Under the pieces are notes generated by a model. The model ran no database searches and was not told the DNA's origin. It saw only the letters and a list, made by a program, of their open reading frames with translations. Below, one piece after another: positions 55,819 to 64,000 of a stretch of 64,000 nucleotides of DNA. The position numbers and the translations under genes were made by a program. How positions within the stretch are numbered: position 1 is the stretch's first letter; each line of letters starts with the position of its first letter. The stretch is from a virus (taxonomy: Duplodnaviria > Caudoviricetes), in IMG/VR virus record IMGVR_UViG_3300005440_000008, positions 1-64,000 of that record; one strand, written 5' to 3'.

Positions 55819-56424
55819 CTACACGATCACGAAGGTGTCCCCGTTCGACGGGGACTCGCCGGTCGGGGTCGCCGAGTAGGTGAGCCGCTTGCTGGACCCG
55901 AGATAGGCCGTGATCGACTGGGCGGAGTCCTTCAGGACCCCGGACGTCCAGAGGATCGCGCGTCCCTTGTAGTGGTCGTCGGTCGCCTCGGTCAGGTTCG
56001 TCGTCGCCTGGGTCGAGGAGAGTGTGCCGGTCACGGCCGCGCCCTCCACGACGGTCCGGGCCGCGTTGGCGGGGACGCGGTTCTCGATCGAGAACTCCGC
56101 GACGACTTCGGCGACCGTCACGCCGTCCACCGTTTCATCCGGGTAGAGCACGACCTGGTAGTCGTGCCCGCTCGCGTAGAACCCGGCATCGGTGTTGTCC
56201 GCCAGGTCTATGGTCACGTGCGTGATGCCCGTCATCGAATCGAAGGGCCCGGTGATCGTGAAGCCAGCCGTCGAAGACCGTTCGGTCGTGCCGTTGTCTT
56301 TGTAGACGCGCAGGTCAGCGGCTTCCCACGCAGACGATTGATCGACGCGCCCGCCACCGAGCTTCCGCGTCGCGAACTTGAAATTGACCGCCGCGCCGAC
56401 CCTGAAGTCTCCGCGATAGCTCAT
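55819..56424 (-). CDS. Putative virion structural protein
   Basis: TDDHYKGRAI.WTSG...GDTFVIV C-terminus. Confidence 0.75.
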   Translation of the reverse strand: MSYRGDFRVGAAVNFKFATRKLGGGRVDQSSAWEAADLRVYKDNGTTERSSTAGFTITGPFDSMTGITHVTIDLADNTDAGFYASGHDYQVVLYPDETVDGVTVAEVVAEFSIENRVPANAARTVVEGAAVTGTLSSTQATTNLTEATDDHYKGRAILWTSGVLKDSAQSITAYLGSSKRLTYSATPTGESPSNGDTFVIV

Positions 56425-58544
56425 CCGACGAGGACCCCCCCGCCGACGAGGCGCGTGGCGTCAGGCCGCGCCCACGTATAGTCACCCCCAGAGATCAACC
56501 GTTGCCGACCGCTCGGGCTGATCGCCAGGTCCACCGGGTCCGCCCACAGCTCGGTGACGCTCGGAATGGCGACCGCGATGCGGACGCGGACGGGGCCGGG
56601 CTCTTGCGGCGTGAAGGTCACGCTGATCGTCTGGGGCGTCCCGGCGGTGTTGCCCGCTAGCTCCCAGGTGGCGGACGACGATGGCCAGTTGGCGGCCGTC
56701 CCTAGAAAACCGACGCGGCTGGTCGCCATCGCGGCGTTCGTCTGGCCAGCCGTGTTCTTGTACACAGCTTCCAACCAGATGTCGCTGTTTTTGAGCAACG
56801 TCGCGCTGTCGATGTAGACTTCTACGTTGACCGTGACGGGGCTCCCGACCTGATCTTGCTGGAAGACCATCCACGGGCAGTAGAGCGGCGTGGTCAAGCT
56901 GACACCCGCGCCGGACTGGATCAGCCACGAGGTCGGCGTCGTTCCGTCCGCCGACGCGCCCCCGGTTCGGTAGACGTTGGGGTCGAGGTCGCTGACGGTT
57001 CCTTCGTAGGAACGGCGGTACATGTTGTTCGCGCCGCCCAACCCCTGACAGTTGTCGAACCAGGCGACCACGCCGCCCGGGCCGCTCCCGCCGCCGAACA
57101 GCGTGACCGCCCCGTTGACGAGGCAGTCTTCAAACTTGAACTCTCCCAAACCTGCCGCGTTCTGGAGGATGAATTTCCCTGACCCCCAGAGCGAAAGGTC
57201 CACCGCCCGGAAGAACGCGATGGTGGGGTTCGCGGCGGTGGCCTTCATCGCGCCGCCTGGCGTCGTGCTCGTGATGAAACTACCGCCCTCCATGATGAGG
57301 CGCAGCTGGCCGAGCGTGAGCGAGGCGTTCGCGTGACCCGGCAACCGTATCGTCGTGTCCTTGAGGAACAACTGGCAATCGTCCGAGGATGTGCCCGTGG
57401 GACCGAAGGCGATCACCGCGCCCGATCCTGTAGCCGGATTGCGGAGCGAACAGTTGTCGAAGTAGAGCGCCCAAGGCGTGGTCGCGGTGAGCGTCATCGC
57501 GTTTGAGCCCGACCCCGTGCTCGACGAGAAGATGATGCCGTAGAAGTAGCAGGACCCAGACGTCCAGGTGATGCTGAACGCGCCCGTCGTCGTGACCGTC
57601 GCCGTGATCGCAAGGACGGTCGGCGTCGCGGGATCGCCGGTGTCGTCCACGCAGATCACGCGGGTCAGGTTCCCCACCGTGCCGCTAGGAGCGAGGGCCA
57701 TTCCGGACGCCTGCGTCTCGGCGTGGTTGTCCGAAACGTAAATCGTATCGCCCGCTGATTCGTCCGCGAACGCGCCGACCAGCGTGGCGTTCGCCAACGC
57801 CCAGGTGGTCCCGTTGTCCGCGTCGCTCCCGTCCCCGCTGCGGAGATACTGGACCGCGCCCATCAGCGGGACCGCGTCGGCGAGTGAGCTGAGCGCCATC
57901 TGGCCGAGCAGCGAGAGCGCGGCGAGCCCGGCGACGCGACGAAGCTGCGCCTGCCTGCGCGCCGCGAAGCGGGCGCGAGCGTGCCCCGCGCTAAGGTAGT
58001 GGACCCCCGCAGGGGTTTTGCGAACGGCGGGGCTGACATAGGGAATGCCGAGCTTCATGCAGAGTTGCTGAGTCCGCTGCGCCCGCTCGATGAACGCGAA
58101 GCCTTCCGCGAGCGCCCAGGTGAGCGCCTGGAGCCGATCCCCGCCGCACGCCTGGTTCGCGACGGCCTGGAGCCGGTCGGGGACTTCCGGGAGGACGGTC
58201 AGCGACGCGCTGGAGTTCTGCCAGTACCACTGCGCGCCCTGGAGCTTCATCGGTGGGGCCGCTTCTCCGCGCGCCGCCTTGCCTTCGACTTCGCAGAGCC
58301 CTTCCGAGAGCGCCCATGCCCAAATGTTCGTCCGCTTGACGTTGGGCCGCTTGTGCCGCGCTTCCCCCTGCGCCCGCCACGCGACTTCTCCGGCGACGGC
58401 TCCCGCGAGGCGCTCGCTCAGTCGCTCGATCCGCGCGAGCGCGGGTCCGATGACGAGATGATGACCGAGCGTGGTTAGTTCCCACTTGATCTTGTGACGC
58501 TTGCGCCAATCCACGCGGTCGGAGTCGAGGCAGGACAGGTTCAC
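56421..58544 (-). CDS. Large beta-rich virion protein with an unrelated-looking N-terminal extension
   Basis: From MGAVQY (57863): GSDADNGTTWALA..AGDTIYV, beta-helix-like; the first ~227 aa are basic and helical. Confidence 0.65.
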   Translation of the reverse strand: MNLSCLDSDRVDWRKRHKIKWELTTLGHHLVIGPALARIERLSERLAGAVAGEVAWRAQGEARHKRPNVKRTNIWAWALSEGLCEVEGKAARGEAAPPMKLQGAQWYWQNSSASLTVLPEVPDRLQAVANQACGGDRLQALTWALAEGFAFIERAQRTQQLCMKLGIPYVSPAVRKTPAGVHYLSAGHARARFAARRQAQLRRVAGLAALSLLGQMALSSLADAVPLMGAVQYLRSGDGSDADNGTTWALANATLVGAFADESAGDTIYVSDNHAETQASGMALAPSGTVGNLTRVICVDDTGDPATPTVLAITATVTTTGAFSITWTSGSCYFYGIIFSSSTGSGSNAMTLTATTPWALYFDNCSLRNPATGSGAVIAFGPTGTSSDDCQLFLKDTTIRLPGHANASLTLGQLRLIMEGGSFITSTTPGGAMKATAANPTIAFFRAVDLSLWGSGKFILQNAAGLGEFKFEDCLVNGAVTLFGGGSGPGGVVAWFDNCQGLGGANNMYRRSYEGTVSDLDPNVYRTGGASADGTTPTSWLIQSGAGVSLTTPLYCPWMVFQQDQVGSPVTVNVEVYIDSATLLKNSDIWLEAVYKNTAGQTNAAMATSRVGFLGTAANWPSSSATWELAGNTAGTPQTISVTFTPQEPGPVRVRIAVAIPSVTELWADPVDLAISPSGRQRLISGGDYTWARPDATRLVGGGVLVG

Positions 58545-58547
58545 GAC

Positions 58548-59003
58548 CTACTCCCCCACCGCCGCGACCAGCGCGGTCCACTGGGACGCCTTGGCCTGGA
58601 GTCGCGTCCTGAGCGACGTGAGGGCGGCTCCGCTGACGCCGAAGAGCGTCCCGAGTTGGTTGTTGGTCAGCGTGTTCAAGAAGGCTCCGAGCGCGCACGC
58701 CTGCTCCCGTGTCGCCGTCCGGTACGCCTCGCGCAGCGCATCGCGGACCTCCGCGATGGTCACGTGATTGGTGGTGACGACGGCCTGGTCTCCTGCCGCG
58801 TAGATGGATCGAAGGTCCTCGGCCAGCTCCTCGCGGGCGAGCCAGCCGATGACAATGGTGATCCGGGCGGCCAAGTTCGCGTCCGAGGCCAACGCCTCGA
58901 TGTCCCGCTGCTGACCCAGGTGGTCGGTGTGCCGCTCGCGGTTGACGACCACGCCATTGGCGAGCCGCCGCGTTGACACCACCACCGAGGATACGATGGG
59001 CAT
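58548..59003 (-). CDS. Hypothetical protein
   Basis: MPIVSSVVVS..., natural composition. Confidence 0.65.
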   Translation of the reverse strand: MPIVSSVVVSTRRLANGVVVNRERHTDHLGQQRDIEALASDANLAARITIVIGWLAREELAEDLRSIYAAGDQAVVTTNHVTIAEVRDALREAYRTATREQACALGAFLNTLTNNQLGTLFGVSGAALTSLRTRLQAKASQWTALVAAVGE

Positions 59004-59005
59004 GC

Positions 59006-60214
59006 TTACGCGTCCTGGAGCACCGTCTCGACTGAGTCCCAGGACGGGATGCCCGGCGGGGTCACGTCCGCCGACGAGCGCAGGGGACGGTAGGCGAACA
59101 CGGCCCCCTGGACCCGATGCACGACGATCAGGAGGTCGTCCTGGATCGAGTAGCCGCCGCGGTTGTAGGTGCCGTTCCACCCCACTCCGGCAACCTCTGG
59201 CGAGTCCGGCGTCACGCCCTCCGTCGGCGCGATGTCGGTGATGGCGAACGTGTCGGGGTTCATTGAGTAGAGCGTGCGGCCTCCGGAGGGGTGGATCCAG
59301 TACACCCCGCTTATCGGATCGCGGACCACGAGGGGCGCGTTCCCGAGCGAATATTGCGCGTTGTACGGCGCGGCGAGCGCCTGCACGCGCCGCTGGTACT
59401 TCCCGCTCGGGAGCGCGTCCCAGACGATGCAGTTGACCGAGGCCGAGAACGGGCCGAAGCCGACGACGCGATCCCGGACAGGATCGTGGAGCAGGCTCAT
59501 GTAGATGTACTGGTTGCTGTTCTCCTGCCCGTCGTCGATGATCTTGGCCTTCTGACCGGGCGGCAGGCGGTGGTCGTAGCTCCGCAGCCGCCCGTTGCTG
59601 CAATAGATGACGCGATCGTGGAGCGTGTCGAGGCAGGCCGAGCATGCCGTGTGCGGAGTGGTCCCGCCCGGCCAACCCAGCATGAAGCTGTCGCCCGCCG
59701 CGCAAATGCCGGTGACCGCGTCGGTCTCCCACGAGAGCGCGCCGCAGCCCGAGCCGTCGTACCAACGCACCCCGCCGAACTGGATGATCTTGCCGGCGTG
59801 GTACACCTGGCCCTGGTAGTTGTGCCGGCTCGCGTAGATCAGGTTCCCCGGCGGCCCGTAGAGCCCGGTCGGGTCCGAGTAGTACGGCAAGCTCGGCTGG
59901 GTCGGGTTGTAGCGCGACGGGATCAGGTCCACCGACGGGCCGCGCAGCATCCGCCAGAGCCCGTCGGCGAGCGTGAACGAGTCGGACTCGTTACTGGCGC
60001 TGCTCCCGTGGCCACCGCAGGCCGCAAGGTAGAGCTTCCCCGCGACCGGGTCCATCGCGCCGCCGCACCAGTCGAAGACCTTCTCCGCCTGGTTGACCCC
60101 CTTGACGGCGGTGATCGTCTTGCCGGTGCCGGGCTGTCGCCAAAGGGTCGCGCCGACGCTTTGGCCCGGCTGCGAGACAACGCCCCACTGGCCTGCGGTG
60201 ACCGGAAGGGTCAT
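59006..60214 (-). CDS. Kelch/beta-propeller-like protein
   Basis: WCGGAMDP..LYLAACGGH, SRHNY, QFGG, repeated xDP..D blades. Confidence 0.75.
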   Translation of the reverse strand: MTLPVTAGQWGVVSQPGQSVGATLWRQPGTGKTITAVKGVNQAEKVFDWCGGAMDPVAGKLYLAACGGHGSSASNESDSFTLADGLWRMLRGPSVDLIPSRYNPTQPSLPYYSDPTGLYGPPGNLIYASRHNYQGQVYHAGKIIQFGGVRWYDGSGCGALSWETDAVTGICAAGDSFMLGWPGGTTPHTACSACLDTLHDRVIYCSNGRLRSYDHRLPPGQKAKIIDDGQENSNQYIYMSLLHDPVRDRVVGFGPFSASVNCIVWDALPSGKYQRRVQALAAPYNAQYSLGNAPLVVRDPISGVYWIHPSGGRTLYSMNPDTFAITDIAPTEGVTPDSPEVAGVGWNGTYNRGGYSIQDDLLIVVHRVQGAVFAYRPLRSSADVTPPGIPSWDSVETVLQDA

Positions 60215-60216
60215 CG

Positions 60217-60540
60217 CTAGTTGTCCTGGAAGACCCCGACGATGGAATCCCACTGCGGCATATCCGGCGGGATCAGGTCCACCGACGGGACGGTGACATC
60301 GCGCTCGGCCGGGAGACTCGCGTTGCCGGCCGCGTCGACCGCGACCAGCCCGAGCCGGACCACGTAGGCGGCCTCGGTCGTCGGGAGCGGATCGTAGGTG
60401 AAGCTCGCCTTGCCGTCCGCACCCTTGGGCCGCTCGCCCTTGAGGTCGCCGTCGAGGAGAAAACGGAAGAGGGCCGTGTCGGTGTCGGCCGCGCCGAGCG
60501 CCGCGAGAGCGTTAGCGGTAATGACAAAGACCTTGGCCAT
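60217..60540 (-). CDS. Single FN3/Ig-like domain protein
   Basis: FRFLLDG, SFTYDPL, LVAVDAAGNAS. Confidence 0.8.
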   Translation of the reverse strand: MAKVFVITANALAALGAADTDTALFRFLLDGDLKGERPKGADGKASFTYDPLPTTEAAYVVRLGLVAVDAAGNASLPAERDVTVPSVDLIPPDMPQWDSIVGVFQDN

Positions 60541-60543
60541 TGA

Positions 60544-62922
60544 TTAGCCCTCCAGGTGGGCCTCCACCAACTCCCAGGTCGGAGCCAACGGAGGCGTGGT
60601 GTCGGCCGGTGGTGTGGTGGTCAGCGGGACGACGCGCGTATTCCAGCGGATGTAATAGATGATCGCGGCGCACTCGGCATCGGTGAGATTGCGCGGGTAG
60701 CCGCTGCCCGCGCCCGCGCGAAGGAAGGCCGCGAGATCGCCGTCACGCAACTCGGCCAGGTCATCGAAGTTGGGGAGACCGAGGTGTCCCTGCCCGTCCT
60801 CGCCGTGGGTCAAGGCAAAGGCCGGGTACGGGTCGGCGGCTCGCCCTTGCCACAGACCCTTCCCGGTCTGATACAGGCTCTTGTTCACGGCCGGATCTGT
60901 CGGGAGCCGGCGCGTCTGCACCCAGAGCCCCTGCATCGTGCCGGTGCCGACGATATACACGCGGCCCATCCCTGACGCGACCATCGTCGGGTAGTGGCAG
61001 CTCGTGAGGTTCCGGTTACTCCCTTCGACCAGGAATCGGTCTAGGCTGCTGGTGTTCGGGAAGAAGCTCCCGAGCCAGGCCGTCATGTCCTTTGAGTAGA
61101 TCCGCGCCGAGTCCTGTGTCCACTGGGTGGTGCGGATGCAGTCTTTCGGCCCGCACGTGCCGTCCCAGTTGATGTCGATGCAGATGTCCCGCGTGTTGAA
61201 GCCGGTGGCGAACGTCGGGAGCTTGCCGAGGAAGCGGCCGGTCTGGGTGCGGAAATCCCACTTGAACAGGCCGTCCAGGTAGCGGCAGGAAAAGATCAGG
61301 TTGCCCTCGGAGTCAAAGCGGACGCTCTGGGGGAAGGCGAAGCCGAACGTGCCCCGGCCGCCGTCGCGCCGGAACCGGGTGAGCAGGGCGTCCTGGGAGA
61401 AGGACGACCGGCCCATGCCGCGCCCGTTCACCCGGACATCGGGATGTTCGAGGGTGATCGAGGCGTCGGCCGTCGCGGACTGAATCCGGTCCATCACCAC
61501 GCCCGTCTTCGCGTCGATCAGCAGGATCGCGTGGTGCATGAAGAGCGGGAGCCACATCTCGTCGGTGTTCCAGATGCGGCAGGGATCCCAGGGCTCCGAC
61601 CCGTGGTCGAGCGGCGTGAACATCGTGATCTCGGGCGGGCGCCCCGGGGCCTCGTGGCACGGCCGGTGGTTCGCCTTCTGGATGCAGTAGCCGAGGGTGT
61701 TGCTGATGAGGTGTTCCTCGTGATGCACGTCGGCGGCCGGCGTCGGGTAGGGGCCGAACGGGACCGCACCCCACGGCTCGATCAGCTTCGGCCGGAAGTC
61801 CCCCACGGTCTGCATCTGGCCCTCGCGCACAGGCCCCCAGGTGTCCGGCCCCGGGAAGTAGCCGGTCGTCCGCGACGAGGTGGGATGCGCGGTGAAATCA
61901 TCCTCGGCCCGCAGGCGACGACCGGCGACCGTCGAGAGCCGCCCATCGAAGCGGTGGGCGAACGCGAGGCGCCCGTTCGTGCAGGTGATGAAACAACCGC
62001 CCGCCCTGGCCGGGTTCTCGTGCCGCGCGACCCAGCCCGACCAGCCGTGCCCGAGTTGGCCGCTTCCGCGAGGGCCGTCCACGAGCGGCACCCCGTCGAG
62101 CGGGCTCAGGACTGACGGGTCGGGCGGGATGACGTTGCTGTGCACCCCCTGGAAGTAGTCGTACTGCTCCTTCCCGGTGATGACGATGCGCGGGGTGCCC
62201 GGGCGCTTCTTGCTCTCGATGACGCCGATCCGGCGCGCCATCGCCTTGGTGGACACGCTGCCAAGGCGGGTGTAGTGGAAGAAGTCCTTGGCCGCCTCCG
62301 TCGTGTAGAACGGAATCGTCGTGTACGGCTGCGCGGTGGGGCGCAGCTCGTCCGGTCCGGGGCGGAACGGCACCACCACCCGGCGGTTGATGGGCTCGCC
62401 CGGGTGCCAGATCATCGCCGGCATCTGGCCATTGACGACGTACCAGATCCCGTCCCACTTCGTCGGTCCGGCCCAGCACCAGCCCGCCTGGGTGAGCGGC
62501 AACGGCTCGCCCGTCGTGAACTTGCAGGTCGCCGCCCAGAAGTTGTCGGTCAGAGGGCCGCCCGTGAAGCGGGCCCAGAGGACGTGCTGAAGGGTCGGGC
62601 CCGTGCGCGGGAGTACCTGGCGATCAGTCACGCACCAGCGGTCAGCGGTGCGGGGGGTCATCTGGGCCACGGCGAGGGCGTCGAGGTCGATCTGGAAGCG
62701 GTAGGGCGGCGCCAGGATCGGCGAGCCGAGCGGCTGGTCGTCGAGGAAGAACTGGACGGTCGGCCAGGGGCTCATCGTGACGGCCGCCCCGCTCTCGGTC
62801 AACCACTGGAACTCGAACGAGAACAAGCCCGACAGGTCGTGGACGTGCTCCCCCCGGTAGTAGCGGGAGCCGAGCGTATTGTCGCCCTCGGCGGGAGTCT
62901 TGACGACGAGGTAGTGACGCAT
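60544..62922 (-). CDS. Large Ig plus NHL/beta-propeller-like protein
   Basis: VQFFLDDQPLG..PPYRF, LIEPWG, FAFPQSVRFDSEGNL. Confidence 0.7.
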   Translation of the reverse strand: MRHYLVVKTPAEGDNTLGSRYYRGEHVHDLSGLFSFEFQWLTESGAAVTMSPWPTVQFFLDDQPLGSPILAPPYRFQIDLDALAVAQMTPRTADRWCVTDRQVLPRTGPTLQHVLWARFTGGPLTDNFWAATCKFTTGEPLPLTQAGWCWAGPTKWDGIWYVVNGQMPAMIWHPGEPINRRVVVPFRPGPDELRPTAQPYTTIPFYTTEAAKDFFHYTRLGSVSTKAMARRIGVIESKKRPGTPRIVITGKEQYDYFQGVHSNVIPPDPSVLSPLDGVPLVDGPRGSGQLGHGWSGWVARHENPARAGGCFITCTNGRLAFAHRFDGRLSTVAGRRLRAEDDFTAHPTSSRTTGYFPGPDTWGPVREGQMQTVGDFRPKLIEPWGAVPFGPYPTPAADVHHEEHLISNTLGYCIQKANHRPCHEAPGRPPEITMFTPLDHGSEPWDPCRIWNTDEMWLPLFMHHAILLIDAKTGVVMDRIQSATADASITLEHPDVRVNGRGMGRSSFSQDALLTRFRRDGGRGTFGFAFPQSVRFDSEGNLIFSCRYLDGLFKWDFRTQTGRFLGKLPTFATGFNTRDICIDINWDGTCGPKDCIRTTQWTQDSARIYSKDMTAWLGSFFPNTSSLDRFLVEGSNRNLTSCHYPTMVASGMGRVYIVGTGTMQGLWVQTRRLPTDPAVNKSLYQTGKGLWQGRAADPYPAFALTHGEDGQGHLGLPNFDDLAELRDGDLAAFLRAGAGSGYPRNLTDAECAAIIYYIRWNTRVVPLTTTPPADTTPPLAPTWELVEAHLEG

Positions 62923-62968
62923 GGTCAGTCTCTCGTGAGCTCGATCAGGATGCCGAGGGCGAAATGAA

Positions 62969-63541
62969 TCATCCGAGTCGCTCCTGGTTCCCGAGCCGCA
63001 CATAGCGCTCGGGCCCGCTCGTCCAGTGGGGCTCCCCCTGGGTGCGGACGGTCTCGTACATCTGGAAGCGCCGCCACCGCTCGAGGTTCTTGAGGATCAT
63101 CAGCTCGAGGAACACGAGGTCCGCGGTCGCCTGGTCCGCGCACAGGTGGGTCTGGTAGAGGAGATCGTGCCCCGCCCCTTCCTTGTTGCAGATCCCGCCG
63201 AAGCACAGGTAGACGAGCGGCAGCCGGGGTGTCGAGGCGAGATCCGTCACGAAGCCGATGGGGAAATTGACGCGCGCCCGCAGGACCGCGCTATCGAAGG
63301 CGAGCTCGCCCATGATCTCCCACGTTTTGTCCGGAACCACCTCGCCCACCACGAAGCGGCCATGCCACGCCGGCTCGATCGCGGTCTCGCGCAGGTTGGT
63401 GAACCCGGTCGGCCACTCCGCGAGGGCGCCATACTCGGCCATCATCTTCGCGTCCCGCTCGGCCGGGGTCGTCCAGCCGAAGACGAGGCCGGTGCGCTCA
63501 CCGCGGCGCGCGTCCTGGTAGGTGAAGATCGCCGTCGTCAT
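62969..63541 (-). CDS. DUF1353 domain protein
   Basis: PIGFVTDLASTPR, HDLLYQ, ADLVFLELM. Confidence 0.85.
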   Translation of the reverse strand: MTTAIFTYQDARRGERTGLVFGWTTPAERDAKMMAEYGALAEWPTGFTNLRETAIEPAWHGRFVVGEVVPDKTWEIMGELAFDSAVLRARVNFPIGFVTDLASTPRLPLVYLCFGGICNKEGAGHDLLYQTHLCADQATADLVFLELMILKNLERWRRFQMYETVRTQGEPHWTSGPERYVRLGNQERLG

Positions 63542-64000
63542 TGCCTCGCCGGCAGCCCCTCTAGCGCGGGCGGCACCGCCTTCCCACACGTCGGCTCGAG
63601 GGACTTCAAGTTGGCGTAGTTGGCGACCTCGCCGGCGAGCTCCTGCAGCGCCGGCGCGTTCCCCGGCCCGATGGCGCGGAGGCGGTCCGCGATGTGCTGC
63701 GGGTTCAGCATCAACAGATGCTCGGTCACGCGCGCGTCGATCGTGGCGAGATCTCGCCGGAGACACAGCGCCTCGGTGTCCAGGGAGCTGTTCGCCCAGA
63801 CCATGCGCTCGTCGCTGTGGCCGACCACGGTGATGGTCAGGAGCGCCGCGCGCATATAGATCGTCGCCTTGGGCTCGTTCTGCATCACCGCGGCCGTGCC
63901 CGCCGCGAGCCCGCCCCCGATGGGGATCAGCTGCATGGCGATGGACGTCGGCGCAAAGAAGCTGAGCGCCGCCATCGCGGCGACCGACACGCCCGCGGTC
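63538..64000 (-). CDS. Hypothetical membrane protein (5' end outside window)
   Basis: Open frame to the window edge; hydrophobic N-terminal part. Confidence 0.5.
   Translation of the reverse strand, partial: TAGVSVAAMAALSFFAPTSIAMQLIPIGGGLAAGTAAVMQNEPKATIYMRAALLTITVVGHSDERMVWANSSLDTEALCLRRDLATIDARVTEHLLMLNPQHIADRLRAIGPGNAPALQELAGEVANYANLKSLEPTCGKAVPPALEGLPARQ

Larger units (their letters stand above)
1..64000 (-). mobile_element. Temperate siphovirus-like phage/prophage (partial; head/terminase genes and att ends not visible)
   Basis: Tape measure, tail chaperone frameshift, endolysin, cI/cro switch, replication initiator plus DnaC-like loader, serine recombinase and dense overlapping small ORFs. 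Confidence 0.93.

Noticed and set aside
1-64000. tRNA/rRNA genes, IS elements, holin/spanin
   Set aside because: None could be recognised by eye; several small membrane or lipoprotein ORFs exist but none can be assigned as holin or spanin.

Overview
The whole window reads as part of a very GC-rich, long-tailed (siphovirus-type) temperate phage or prophage; no host housekeeping genes are visible. Almost all genes are on the minus strand, tightly coupled by ATGA/GTGA overlaps. In transcription order (right to left): virion accessory/fibre genes (64000-54631); tail terminator, tail tube, frameshifting tail chaperones, HK97-gp10, 1990-aa tape measure and tail-tip genes (54631-40585); GH108 endolysin; a plus-strand lysogeny/moron block (CI-like repressor, lipoproteins, HigBA-type TA, WYL protein; 32693-38851); cro/cII; exonuclease, putative annealing protein and SMC-like ATPase; HNH; replication initiator plus DnaC-like loader; ParB; a large serine recombinase; a HerA-like ATPase plus a tandem-HTH protein; SSB; an oppositely oriented ArdC-Mom-RHH anti-restriction cassette; and a phage-borne amino-sugar synthesis/glycosyltransferase cluster (9162-1). 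Terminase, portal and capsid genes are not in the window. Most notable: (1) three adjacent virion genes share a C-terminal D-x-x-PP-x-x-P-x-W motif that may be a donor strand for a permuted FN3-like subunit; (2) a ~300-bp in-frame inversion between short inverted repeats flips the catalytic half of a metallopeptidase gene; (3) a tail gene is split by an inserted LamG module; (4) the glycosylation and Mom/ArdC modules; (5) a ~7x tandem HTH protein next to a HerA-like ATPase. All family names come from motif recognition by eye; no database search was run.
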